In this document: positions 36,570-45,529 of the stretch, piece by piece
Position numbering within the stretch: the stretch's first letter is position 1
Layout of the letters: every line of letters begins with the position of its first letter
Source of the DNA: a virus
DNA length: 64,000 bases
IMG/VR virus record: IMGVR_UViG_3300017917_002938
Span: 32,001 to 96,000 of that record
Strand: one strand, 5' to 3'
Made by a program: the position numbers and the translations under genes
Notes under the pieces: model-generated
What the model saw: the letters and a program-made list of their open reading frames with translations, nothing else
Database searches by the model: none
What the model was told of the DNA's origin: nothing

Positions 36570-36598
36570 ATTATATAGCATCCTTTGCCCTAGGGCAA
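36570..36598 (-). promoter_or_regulatory. Sigma70-type promoter for the leader
   Basis: TTGCCC-17-TATAAT with upstream A-tract; -35 lies in the palindrome TTGCCCTAGGGCAA. Confidence 0.7.
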
Positions 36599-36611
36599 GC
36601 TTTTTTTTTGT

Positions 36612-37121
36612 TTATTTCAAATCTTTTTTGACTAGGTACACGTAAGTGTAAGCGTTCTGCTTAGAGACTCCTAGTGCTTCCGCAACTAGATCTATAACCA
36701 CCTTATCACCTTTATCTTTGTTCTCAATGTACAGTTGCTGGGCAATCGCACGTTTAGAGCCCTTCTTACCTTTTACTTTAGCTTTTCCGCTTTCCATAGT
36801 AACTGCCACGTCAGGCATCTTGAACGCAGTGGGACCCAAAATTTGAGTAAGATTGTTGATACGAGCATCAGCTTTCTCTAAAACTGCTTTAGGATCAACC
36901 GCCCCATCGTTCATTTGCTTTTCAATAGCAGTCATTGCAAAGATGTAAGCTTTGCGTACGTTAGTTTCAGGTTTTAGACCAAACGCATACATGATCTTAT
37001 TTGCAGCTTTGAGAGGATCAGGCTGAGCATCTAAGTATTCACGAATTGAACGAATAGCGCGAGTCGGAGACATTCCCGGCTCAAGCTTAAGTTTAGTCAT
37101 CAAATCAGTACCATGATTCAT
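36612..37121 (-). CDS. Hypothetical protein with possible C-terminal helix-turn-helix
   Basis: VIDLVAEALGVSKQNAYTYVY; preceded by two tandem early promoters. Confidence 0.6.
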   Translation of the reverse strand: MNHGTDLMTKLKLEPGMSPTRAIRSIREYLDAQPDPLKAANKIMYAFGLKPETNVRKAYIFAMTAIEKQMNDGAVDPKAVLEKADARINNLTQILGPTAFKMPDVAVTMESGKAKVKGKKGSKRAIAQQLYIENKDKGDKVVIDLVAEALGVSKQNAYTYVYLVKKDLK

Positions 37122-37147
37122 AGTTCTCACCTTTCACATAAAACATT

Positions 37148-37242
37148 ATTATAACGACATGAAGAAATTAAATCAACTGTTATTTACAATATCTTAATAC
37201 ATTTATAACTATATTGTACAGTGTAATGTAAATTAAATCAAC
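37148..37242 (-). promoter_or_regulatory. Two tandem early promoters (37148-37177 and 37213-37242)
   Basis: GTTGATTTAATT..TATAAT and GTTGATTTAATT..TACAAT, both with 17-nt spacers. Confidence 0.75.
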
Positions 37243-37936
37243 TGTTATTTAAAGTATATTGTTTGAAGATTTGAGTGGCTTTTTCGCGTCTGGGATTGCT
37301 AGATTCTACAAATGTCTGTAGGTCACCTTCTTCTACTGCTATTGCAATAGCAATTTGCGGAACTTTGAACCCGTACATTTCCTCTATCATCATAGCATAT
37401 ACAGTAGCTTGTATGAAATAGTTCTCAATCCACTCTTTATTTTTTGGCTTGGTGGAGGTTTTGTAGTCGAGAATGGAAGTTATTCCATGAAGTCTTCCTA
37501 CTAGATCGCATCTACCGGCTGTCTTTAGCGTATGAGAATACAAAGGAATTTCAATACCGTACACTCTATCTAAGTGCTCATCCAGATAGGGCTGTATCTG
37601 TTTGAACATCATTACATTAGACGGCATGTGACCGGAGAAGTAGTTGTCTACGTTCCTGATATAATCTTCACAAATGGAGTGTACTTTTGTTCCTCGAGTG
37701 GCCGCCTGAGTTCTAATTTTATTGGCTTGCTCTACTCCAACTCTTTCTACCCACTCAGTAATACCTTCCTTGGTTAAGGAAGAGAGAACGGTAGTAACGG
37801 AGGGATATTTTTCACCAGTAGGGGTGACGTAAAAACGCTTACCATCTACGTATTCTGTTTCCAGCTCTTTGGTTGGAAGAAGTAGATGTTCAAAGTAACG
37901 GTCACGATGAAAATTTGTTTGAAAAGGTAATGTCAC
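37238..37936 (-). CDS. PD-(D/E)XK exonuclease
   Basis: YPSVTTVLS..RGTKVH..CE..AGRCD..LDYKTS..YFIQATVYA. Confidence 0.88.
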   Translation of the reverse strand: MTLPFQTNFHRDRYFEHLLLPTKELETEYVDGKRFYVTPTGEKYPSVTTVLSSLTKEGITEWVERVGVEQANKIRTQAATRGTKVHSICEDYIRNVDNYFSGHMPSNVMMFKQIQPYLDEHLDRVYGIEIPLYSHTLKTAGRCDLVGRLHGITSILDYKTSTKPKNKEWIENYFIQATVYAMMIEEMYGFKVPQIAIAIAVEEGDLQTFVESSNPRREKATQIFKQYTLNNS

Positions 37937-38232
37937 AAAATACCATGTTTTTTAAGCACTTGATCTGTCTTCACTTCTTTAGTTGAACGTGATCTAGTTT
38001 TATCTGCAAGAGGAGATCTAGGATGGGCTTCCGATATCTTTGAAAGAACTTCTTTAAAGCCTTGATCGGTCCTGATACCTCCAACACCACTGACAATATT
38101 TAAAGCTTGATCAGGTGTAAAGAAGCGTTCTAGATTAGGATTATCTTTTACATACTGATCATATTCTGACATACGTAGAATAATTTCAGATGTTGCACCA
38201 GTCATCTTGTCACGGAATGCATAAGTTGGCAT
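37933..38232 (-). CDS. FmdB-like small protein (Cys-less)
   Basis: MPTYAFRD..TG..GFKEVLSKI..HP. Confidence 0.6.
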   Translation of the reverse strand: MPTYAFRDKMTGATSEIILRMSEYDQYVKDNPNLERFFTPDQALNIVSGVGGIRTDQGFKEVLSKISEAHPRSPLADKTRSRSTKEVKTDQVLKKHGIL

Positions 38233-38233
38233 A

Positions 38234-38458
38234 TTACTTTACTGGTTGTTTTTTTGGCTTACCTGGGCCTCTAGGTTTTGTAGTTCTTGGCTTAGATGCT
38301 TTTGCAACTACTGGTTTAGATTCCTCTACAGGTACAGAAACGGATTCTTGTACTAGAGGTTTGTTATTTACCTCTTCTACCTTTGCAGGTGCAGGCTCAG
38401 GTACCTTCGCTGCAGGGCTTCCGGTAAAAAATTGAGTTAAAACTTTAAAAAGATACAT
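38234..38458 (-). CDS. Hypothetical Pro/Lys-rich protein
   Basis: AGGAG RBS; in operon. Confidence 0.6.
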   Translation of the reverse strand: MYLFKVLTQFFTGSPAAKVPEPAPAKVEEVNNKPLVQESVSVPVEESKPVVAKASKPRTTKPRGPGKPKKQPVK

Positions 38459-38466
38459 TATAGCTC

Positions 38467-38649
38467 CTATTGTTCGTCGTACAACATCATTTTATTTATA
38501 TCTCTAGATCGTAATGCATTTTGAAAGTTTTTGTTTTGCTTTTGATGCAACTGAGTTTTTTTCTTTTTAAAATAATGGTGATTATTTTCACCAAACTCTA
38601 TAGCCATATCCTTTACGTGGCTTTTATGCTTCTTTTGCGTTTTGCTCAA
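38467..38649 (-). CDS. Hypothetical basic protein
   Basis: GGAG RBS before TTG; in operon. Confidence 0.5.
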   Translation of the reverse strand: MSKTQKKHKSHVKDMAIEFGENNHHYFKKKKTQLHQKQNKNFQNALRSRDINKMMLYDEQ

Positions 38650-39073
38650 TTTGCTCCTCCGTTAACAGCCCGGGAAAGGCCTGCCGAACGATTTTTTCGT
38701 TGATGTTTTTAAAGGGTAGTTTTTTGTCTTTTACTGCCACTAATAACTCCGCATCCTTTGAATCTATTGATTCTAAGAGTTGGAGAAAAAGCATCTCTCT
38801 CTTGACTTTGGTAAGGTTAGGATTACCACCTTCAACAAAGAGATACAATCTTCGAAGTTCTTGAAGAAGTCTACCTTCTTGATCTATTGCTTCTGTTGCC
38901 TTAAAGGGAGCAGGACCAGTAGGTAACAGAAATTTAATTGTAGGGTCAAATGCGTATTTGAGAATAGTCTGTAGAGGGGCGGAGTTATTTTCCTGTAAGA
39001 GGCGAACTCTATCTGTCGGGGTTTTGCCCTCAGAACATATTTTAAGTACTGTGTAAAGACTTGTAATTCTCAT
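38624..39073 (-). CDS. Conserved T4-like hypothetical protein found next to rnh
   Basis: FDPTIKFLLPTGPAPF..RRLYLFVEGG..KREMLFLQLLE..AELL..KDK. Confidence 0.75.
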   Translation of the reverse strand: MRITSLYTVLKICSEGKTPTDRVRLLQENNSAPLQTILKYAFDPTIKFLLPTGPAPFKATEAIDQEGRLLQELRRLYLFVEGGNPNLTKVKREMLFLQLLESIDSKDAELLVAVKDKKLPFKNINEKIVRQAFPGLLTEEQIEQNAKEA

Positions 39074-39921
39074 AAAAAATCATCCATTTTCTCAGAAAGG
39101 GAAACCAGTTTTAATTGCTCGAAGTATTCGAGTAGTTTATTAGGTTTGTTGGTTTGTTGTTCATATTCGCTAATAATTTTTTCTCTAATATTTTCTGGAG
39201 TGTAGTGAAGATCGATTAGCTCTTCGTTACGAATCCAGTTTCTAAGTAGGTCACCTTTAAAGTGCTCTCTGGGATTGACGATGTCAATATACTTTTCGAC
39301 ACGAAGAGGCTTTTGACGCTCTCCTTTAACAAGGCAGTCGTCTGATGAAAGAATATTAGGAATACCGTCACCTCGGTCACCTTTGAGAATAAGCTCTCTG
39401 GTGAACCGGATAGGGTCAGTGTGTACGATTTGTTTCTTACGTACTGGGTCATATTGCGATACATTACCGTAGACATGAAGTTGTGCGAAGTCTTTATCAC
39501 CCGATAGAATCATTATGTGTTCACCAGTATTTAGCATGTTACCAAACTTATGAACTAATGTAGCAATGACATCGTCTGCCTCTGCGCTCTCAACCTGAAT
39601 AACTCTATACGGAGAATAATCTTTGAGTTCGCCCTTGATCTTGGACAGCGTATTAAAAATGCTACTCCAATCGAGTTCTGATTTTTCTCTATCTTTTTTA
39701 CGGTTAGCTTTATAATAAGGAAAAGTTTTCTTACGCCATATGTTCTTATCATCACAAGCAATGATAAGATCACCGTAATCCTTATACTTTTTCTTCATGG
39801 CACGTATCTGATTCAGAACCATATGTCTGAACAGGCCTTCGTCGAATTTAATATCGGTATGATTTCCAATCTGTGCCATGTAGTTGGAAATCATTACCTG
39901 GTTTAGGTCTACTATAATCAT
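39070..39921 (-). CDS. rnh: T4-type RNase H (5'-3' exonuclease)
   Basis: IIVDLNQ, YYKANRKK, EADDVIA, SGDKDFAQL, GDRGDGIPN. Confidence 0.93.
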   Translation of the reverse strand: MIIVDLNQVMISNYMAQIGNHTDIKFDEGLFRHMVLNQIRAMKKKYKDYGDLIIACDDKNIWRKKTFPYYKANRKKDREKSELDWSSIFNTLSKIKGELKDYSPYRVIQVESAEADDVIATLVHKFGNMLNTGEHIMILSGDKDFAQLHVYGNVSQYDPVRKKQIVHTDPIRFTRELILKGDRGDGIPNILSSDDCLVKGERQKPLRVEKYIDIVNPREHFKGDLLRNWIRNEELIDLHYTPENIREKIISEYEQQTNKPNKLLEYFEQLKLVSLSEKMDDFL

Positions 39922-39927
39922 AAGTTG

Positions 39928-39957
39928 ATTGTATGTGGTTCTTAAAATTAAATCAAC
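39928..39957 (-). promoter_or_regulatory. Phage early promoter (leaderless rnh transcript likely)
   Basis: GTTGATTTAATT..TACAAT; ATG 6 nt downstream. Confidence 0.75.
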
Positions 39958-40581
39958 TTAATAAACTACCTTTGACATGTCTACTACTGGGTGAATGTTT
40001 TTGCGTCTGATCGTTTGCGCCATGGTGTGCATGATAGCTTGATGACTGTCCTCAACTATACCATAATTATTAGATTGTACGTGAAGTACTATGTCTGCTA
40101 GGTTTTTAGACTCACCGCCGTCAAACCCTACAAGAGCAATAGTATACATGTCCCGCGCTCTGGCTTGTTTAAGTGCCTTAATGATGTTAGGTGACTTACC
40201 ACTAGACGAAATAACTACCAAAATGTCCCCTTTATTGCCCAGGAAACTTAACTGCTTGCAGAAAACATCTTCATAAGATATATCATTAGCAATTGCTGAT
40301 ATGAGGGACATATTGCTTGACAGGCTGTGTAGCTTTGGAAAAAGCATAGTGCTATTATTTACGCCCTTCATGTGATCACACGTCATATGTTCAGCTATAG
40401 CAGCTGAACCTCCATTACCGCATACAAATATCTGTTTGCTGTTATGAGTAGCATCCTCAATCATGTTAGTAGCTATCTCATATGCTTCAGGGCTTATTGT
40501 GAGCAGCGCGTTGTGTAGTTGCTCAGCGTAGCTTGTAAGATAATTAAACGCCGGTAATTCAGAATCTAGTTGTTCCGTCAT
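39958..40581 (-). CDS. gmhA: Sedoheptulose-7-phosphate isomerase (SIS domain)
   Basis: CGNGGSAA.AEH, SAIAND, ISSSGKSPNI, GFDGG, ED.H; start reset to MTEQLD. Confidence 0.85.
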   Translation of the reverse strand: MTEQLDSELPAFNYLTSYAEQLHNALLTISPEAYEIATNMIEDATHNSKQIFVCGNGGSAAIAEHMTCDHMKGVNNSTMLFPKLHSLSSNMSLISAIANDISYEDVFCKQLSFLGNKGDILVVISSSGKSPNIIKALKQARARDMYTIALVGFDGGESKNLADIVLHVQSNNYGIVEDSHQAIMHTMAQTIRRKNIHPVVDMSKVVY

Positions 40582-41569
40582 CGTATACCACCTCTGCTCC
40601 TCTTTCTGTAAAATCAAAATTGCTAAACTCTTCATAAGAAGACATAGCTGCTTGCACGACGTGTCTCTTCTTGGGAGGTACATACAAAAGTAAAAACCCT
40701 CCTCCACCCGCACCAAGAATTTTGCCTCCAATTGCACCTGCTTTCAAAGCAGCAGAATACATTTTATCTATTTCAGGGTTGCTTATGTTGTTTGCTAGAG
40801 TTTTTTTAAATTGCCAGCTCACATCAAGCATTTTACCGAACTCGTCTAAATCAGCAGTTTCACTTTCAAGAATATCACGTGCATGGTGAGCAAAATCAAC
40901 CATACTTTTTAGACCGTTTCTTTTTTTCTTATCGTTCACTAACGTGTTGCCTTGTTTGGATAGAATATCGTTAGCTACTCTGGTTGTACCAGTGTAAAAA
41001 AGCATGAGGTTATCTCTTAGTCTTTGTGATCGTTCTGTACTGATAATAATCGGAGACACACTAACACTACCATCACTATTAAAAATATACTCATTCATAC
41101 CTCCAAAAGCTGCAGCATACTGATCTTGTTTACCGAGTATGTCTCCGCACATATTTCTTTCAATGTCATAGGCTGATTCGGCAACTTCAAATTCAGTCTC
41201 ACTCCAACCGTTCATAGCTCCTAAGGCTCTGCAAAGTGCTACAGTAAAGGTAGATGAAGAACCTAGACCAGTTCCTTTGGTAGGCATCTCACAAAAAGAC
41301 GCTACTTCAATACCTCTACTAATAGTATATTTTTTAAGAGTCTCTCGAATTCTATCATGTTGTAATTCGTTTAGATCTTCTACCGACTCAATTCTATCGT
41401 ATACGGCTTTAATATAGTTTTTAGGCGTTTTATTTACTACTAAGTACATGTACTTGTCTATAGCCACGCTTAGAGTACAGCCGGGTTGTTTTTCATTTTC
41501 ATAAAACTCCGGCATATCACTTCCGCCTCCAAAGAAACTAACTCTTAGAGGAGCTCTTACTACGATCAT
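40559..41569 (-). CDS. hddA: D-glycero-alpha-D-manno-heptose-7-phosphate kinase (GHMP family)
   Basis: APLRVSFFGGGSD, GTGLGSSS, GKQDQYAAAFGG, GGKILGAGGGGF. Confidence 0.88.
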   Translation of the reverse strand: MIVVRAPLRVSFFGGGSDMPEFYENEKQPGCTLSVAIDKYMYLVVNKTPKNYIKAVYDRIESVEDLNELQHDRIRETLKKYTISRGIEVASFCEMPTKGTGLGSSSTFTVALCRALGAMNGWSETEFEVAESAYDIERNMCGDILGKQDQYAAAFGGMNEYIFNSDGSVSVSPIIISTERSQRLRDNLMLFYTGTTRVANDILSKQGNTLVNDKKKRNGLKSMVDFAHHARDILESETADLDEFGKMLDVSWQFKKTLANNISNPEIDKMYSAALKAGAIGGKILGAGGGGFLLLYVPPKKRHVVQAAMSSYEEFSNFDFTERGAEVVYDDGTTRF

Positions 41570-42582
41570 TGAGTTAGCGCCCTTTGCGTATCATATACGA
41601 ACGTTGGTGCAGTAGGTATCTTCCTAGAGTCAACAGTCGGATGTTTGGCTTTTAACCCGTTTAATAGATCTGACCATTGAGCAGATATCTTGTTCCAATT
41701 GAATCGAGTGTCAGCGTAGGCTTTTTGAAGTACCAAGTAATTACGGATTGATTCTTCTTTTACAATTGAAATAGCGTGATCTAATGCATGATAGAAGATA
41801 TTTGCATGCTCGTTTTTATCGGTAGATCCCTGATATTGAAAAGTCATGTTACCAGATGTGTCGATTAATCCACCCCAGCTAGGATGTACGCAGAATAGTT
41901 CAGCTGACATAGCCTCAATCAAGCTACGAGAATTACATTCTAACCAAGTAGATGGGTATGCAAATATATGACTTTTTGCAACTTGAGCTCTAACAACCTC
42001 GTTAGGTTGAAACCCGTGGTAGGTCATTTGTGGGTGATTACGAATTTTTTCGTACAAGGCTTCGTAATTTTTATCTGCCTCTTCCCATCCGTAGATTTTA
42101 AAACTAGAAAATACATGCAGATGAATATTCTTGTGCTTCTCTGCTAGTTTTTCAAATACTGGTACTAAAATATCAAGCCCACGTTGAGGGGTAGACGTAT
42201 AGATTAGATTAATTACGTCGTCGGGTTTGGTAAGCTCTTCCGTCTTAAAAATCTCAATCGGAGTTTCAATCACCTGACATGTAGAGTCGTATGGCACTCC
42301 TAAAAAGTCACGGTATCGATTGTATTGCCAATTACCGCAAAAAACTAACTTATGAAAACGCATTCGACTGTTAATATCTTTCAAGTGATTACACTCTGGG
42401 TCTTCTGGTAGGTCGTGTAACCAGTAGATACGAATTTTATCGTTTTCTATTTCTCTTACTCGAGAGCATATGATTTGGAAATCATCTGCTAGACCTTCAG
42501 GTAAACGTTCTGCTAGTTGACGTTTAACAGTCTCAGTTCCTCCTTGACTGTTCTTACTAATTTCGTTTTCTTCAAACGGCAT
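41566..42582 (-). CDS. Glycosyltransferase (GT-B)
   Basis: GGTE, YTSTPQRGL, FAYPS..E..SLIEAMSA; start MPFEEN. Confidence 0.85.
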   Translation of the reverse strand: MPFEENEISKNSQGGTETVKRQLAERLPEGLADDFQIICSRVREIENDKIRIYWLHDLPEDPECNHLKDINSRMRFHKLVFCGNWQYNRYRDFLGVPYDSTCQVIETPIEIFKTEELTKPDDVINLIYTSTPQRGLDILVPVFEKLAEKHKNIHLHVFSSFKIYGWEEADKNYEALYEKIRNHPQMTYHGFQPNEVVRAQVAKSHIFAYPSTWLECNSRSLIEAMSAELFCVHPSWGGLIDTSGNMTFQYQGSTDKNEHANIFYHALDHAISIVKEESIRNYLVLQKAYADTRFNWNKISAQWSDLLNGLKAKHPTVDSRKIPTAPTFVYDTQRALTQ

Positions 42583-43549
42583 CTTTTTCTCCAGCTTTTT
42601 GTTGATAATAATTCCAAGCACTTTCAATAATACCCTCTAGGTGATCATTATAGCTAAAATTCATTTCTTTTGCAAATAACGACCCGTCTGCTACAAGATG
42701 AGGTGGGTCGCCCGGCCTTGAAGGTTGTGCATGAACTACTATGGTCTTACCGGTTACTTTCTCAAATACTTCTTTTAATTTCTTGACCGATACACCATTG
42801 GATGTTCCTAGATTGTAGGTGTTGTGGATTGAGGGTAGAGGTGTTTCAACTGCTAGCATATGTGCTTCACAAATATCATGTACGTCAATGTAGTCTCTTG
42901 TACATGTACCATCAGGTGTTTCTGCTAGATCGGTACCATACACGTTAAAAGGCTCATCATAGTATGCAGCATGACATAGCTTTTGTAATACGTGAGAAGA
43001 GTCTAAATGATCACCACAATCTTCATCAGCACCTACTACATTAAAATATCTGAATACACAGGTAGGTATGTGATACGCATGTGATAATTCTTCTAGCACT
43101 GATTCAGCTATTAGTTTACTTCTACCGTAGGGATGAGGTGGAGCTAATGGGTGTTCTTCATTAATTAATTCAGACGTCTTACCGTAAACACCTGCAGTAG
43201 ATGAAAATACAAACTTACCTCGCCAACCAGACCGTAATAAATTATGAAACAAAGATATAGTTTGAGCAGAATTGTAAAAGTAATAGGATGCGGGTGCTCT
43301 AAAACTATCCGGTACGTTGGCTAATGCTGCTAGATGAAATACATTCTCAACTTCATAGGTTTTGCATGATGCTAGAAAAGATTCATCCTGTACATCACAA
43401 TAGTGTAAGAAGTCGACGTACTTATTAGCACGTCTATTTGTATCATGATCTACACCTATAACAATGCATTCAGGATATTTTTTCTTAACATGCTTGGCTA
43501 GCACTTTACCAATATATCCATTACATCCTGTTATCAATACTGATTTCAT
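42572..43549 (-). CDS. galE: UDP-glucose 4-epimerase-like NAD-dependent epimerase
   Basis: ITGCNGYIG, FSSTA, YGRSK, RYFNVVG, DGTCTRDYIDV. Confidence 0.85.
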   Translation of the reverse strand: MKSVLITGCNGYIGKVLAKHVKKKYPECIVIGVDHDTNRRANKYVDFLHYCDVQDESFLASCKTYEVENVFHLAALANVPDSFRAPASYYFYNSAQTISLFHNLLRSGWRGKFVFSSTAGVYGKTSELINEEHPLAPPHPYGRSKLIAESVLEELSHAYHIPTCVFRYFNVVGADEDCGDHLDSSHVLQKLCHAAYYDEPFNVYGTDLAETPDGTCTRDYIDVHDICEAHMLAVETPLPSIHNTYNLGTSNGVSVKKLKEVFEKVTGKTIVVHAQPSRPGDPPHLVADGSLFAKEMNFSYNDHLEGIIESAWNYYQQKAGEKDAV

Positions 43550-43956
43550 TGATTGTCCTTAATTCTATTTCTTAGTTCAGTCGTACTAAATCCATGATCT
43601 CGTTTATTGTAAACTATATCGATCATTTTATCCATACAAAAGTTTTTACCAGTGAAGTCCCTACCAACATAATCATCTCCTACAAATCTGACGTTAACGT
43701 CGCGTGAGCTTAGTATTTGAACAATCTCATGCTCGTAAGCATAAGGAATCACCTCATCAATGTACTTGATGGCTGATAGTTGAACGTATCGTTCATAGAG
43801 GGACTGTACGGGGGTGTTTTTTGTATCCCGTTCGAGTGCGGGATTGACTTGCAGGCCTGCAATCAGGTAATCACAATTACGTTTGCATTCAGCAAACATT
43901 AGAACATGACCGGCGTGACAAAGATCAAATGCACCAAAAGTAATACCAATTTTCAT
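43546..43956 (-). CDS. Cytidylyltransferase-family nucleotidyltransferase (TagD-like)
   Basis: GAFDLCHAGH HxGH motif, RDHGFSTTELR. Confidence 0.85.
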   Translation of the reverse strand: MKIGITFGAFDLCHAGHVLMFAECKRNCDYLIAGLQVNPALERDTKNTPVQSLYERYVQLSAIKYIDEVIPYAYEHEIVQILSSRDVNVRFVGDDYVGRDFTGKNFCMDKMIDIVYNKRDHGFSTTELRNRIKDNQ

Positions 43957-43957
43957 A

Positions 43958-44236
43958 TTAAATATCAAACTTAACTTGTGTAATACTATCTAGGCGGAAT
44001 GATCTCCAGGATTCTTTTTCTAGATCATATACCGGTAAAGTTTCCTCACTAACTACTCGCTTTTTTTCAGAGGTAGATTCGGAAGGAATATTGATCATTA
44101 AATCTTCTTTCAACGTACAGCTCATTACTCTCTCTGTACCATCTTTTTTAGTGAATGTAATCTCCACCGGGCCCATTTTTAACATATCGGTAAGCCACTT
44201 ACGACCTTCAGGTGTATTAAATTCGTTTGATGTCAT
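43958..44236 (-). CDS. Sm/SH3-like (WYL_2-type) small protein
   Basis: ITFTKKDGTERVMSCT..VYDLEKESWRSFR. Confidence 0.78.
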   Translation of the reverse strand: MTSNEFNTPEGRKWLTDMLKMGPVEITFTKKDGTERVMSCTLKEDLMINIPSESTSEKKRVVSEETLPVYDLEKESWRSFRLDSITQVKFDI

Positions 44237-44252
44237 AATATTGTATTCCATA

Positions 44253-44282
44253 AAAAGAGAGGGGCGCAAAGCCCCTCTTAAA
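44253..44282 (-). terminator. Intrinsic terminator
   Basis: AAGAGGGGC/GCCCCTCT stem with T-run on the minus strand. Confidence 0.7.
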
Positions 44283-44311
44283 GACCCACTCGAGGGGATT
44301 AGGTTCTTAGA

Positions 44312-44563
44312 TTAGAGACCTAGAGCGAGTGCACGGTAACCAGCAGCAATTACGCTACGTGAAGGAGTACCTAGACGGTACTTGTTAGTTACGCGACCTT
44401 TAGTATCTACATGACGGTTCAAGTAGATTGGTAGCCCGTCTTCCATACGAAGGTTAGAAACAACCTTTGAAGGAGATGCAATATTGAACTGTGCCTTGAT
44501 CTGCTTAGCAGTCAGTTGTTGACCGTTAAAAAATGCCTTGCGCAGTTTAGCTTTCTGAGTCAT
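44312..44563 (-). CDS. Small basic winged-helix-like protein
   Basis: LTAKQI..F.IASP..VSNLR..YRLGTPSR; own promoter at 44607-44635. Confidence 0.65.
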   Translation of the reverse strand: MTQKAKLRKAFFNGQQLTAKQIKAQFNIASPSKVVSNLRMEDGLPIYLNRHVDTKGRVTNKYRLGTPSRSVIAAGYRALALGL

Positions 44564-44647
44564 AATATTCCTTTCAAGTTAAAAAATGTCGACTAACGAC
44601 TCTATAATTGTAAACAAACTAATAATCGAAATCCACTCCACCTGAAC

Positions 44648-44833
44648 TTATCCTACTTTCTGAATTGTGTAGGATTCTTTGGCGCATTTAATAGTGCGAT
44701 TGTTAACTTGCAAAACGTAGTAAGCCCTACCTTCAATGGTATCTTCATTAATAATATCACCTTTGATGGTTTCGCTATTGTAGCGATTCTTTAACGTGAC
44801 ATTAAATACACGTTTAAAAGTATGCTTTTTCAT
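44648..44833 (-). CDS. Hypothetical protein
   Basis: 61 aa, ATGA-coupled to upstream gene. Confidence 0.55.
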   Translation of the reverse strand: MKKHTFKRVFNVTLKNRYNSETIKGDIINEDTIEGRAYYVLQVNNRTIKCAKESYTIQKVG

Positions 44834-45384
44834 TTTGAATAAGTTAGTCCAGCTTTTATTACAAAGTAGCTATCGATTACGTCAGATACAGGATTTGATA
44901 CTGACCTTGATAATTGTAATCTATCTCTTATGTTAAATCCAGTTTCCTGAATGAACATTTGTTCCATGACTTCTTTTTTAGAGTTACCCTTACCGGTAGC
45001 TGCTTTTTTTACGACTGTCGGAGGAATGGTAGTATAGGTTACGTTACTTTTCCACAAGTTGTATTTTAGTATTCCACAGTTCTCAGCAATATTAAATACT
45101 CTCCCTGTTGATGCAAAGGAATAATCTTCGATAAAGATATGTTCAGGGGAATGTTCGTAAAGTAGGTTTAGTATCCACGTAGAGATAAAATGATATCTCA
45201 TCATGTCGTTACTTTCATAGTCTTCGATCATAGTACCCTCTAGTTGACCGAAAACACCTTGTAATTTTTTTTGTTTTGTTAGGTAATAAAATTTACAACC
45301 ATTAAAGTTAAACTCATCACCCTCAAAATAACATACTGCTGGAGATGTTAGAGATAGATCAATTCCTAAAACCTTCATTATCAT
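44830..45384 (-). CDS. RuvC-like Holliday junction resolvase
   Basis: LGIDLSLTSPA, FIEDYS, PPTVVKKAATGKGN, DVIDSY. Confidence 0.82.
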   Translation of the reverse strand: MIMKVLGIDLSLTSPAVCYFEGDEFNFNGCKFYYLTKQKKLQGVFGQLEGTMIEDYESNDMMRYHFISTWILNLLYEHSPEHIFIEDYSFASTGRVFNIAENCGILKYNLWKSNVTYTTIPPTVVKKAATGKGNSKKEVMEQMFIQETGFNIRDRLQLSRSVSNPVSDVIDSYFVIKAGLTYSK

Positions 45385-45529
45385 CTTCTCCTATTTCATC
45401 ACCATCTTCATCAAATTCAATTACAACATCAGATCCACAATAAGGGCAAAACGCCACTACATCCTCTGTTTCATGTAATGATATTACGTCAAATTCTGCA
45501 TCACATTCGTAACAATGAATTATGTCCAT
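45359..45529 (-). CDS. Small zinc-ribbon protein with acidic tail
   Basis: MDIIHCYECDAEF..FCPYCGSD..; GAGG RBS; below ORF-track cutoff. Confidence 0.7.
   Translation of the reverse strand: MDIIHCYECDAEFDVISLHETEDVVAFCPYCGSDVVIEFDEDGDEIGEDDNEGFRN

Noticed and set aside
37238-37936. Cas4 call for the PD-(D/E)XK nuclease
   Set aside because: Lacks the four-Cys Fe-S motif; matches the common T4-like exonuclease.
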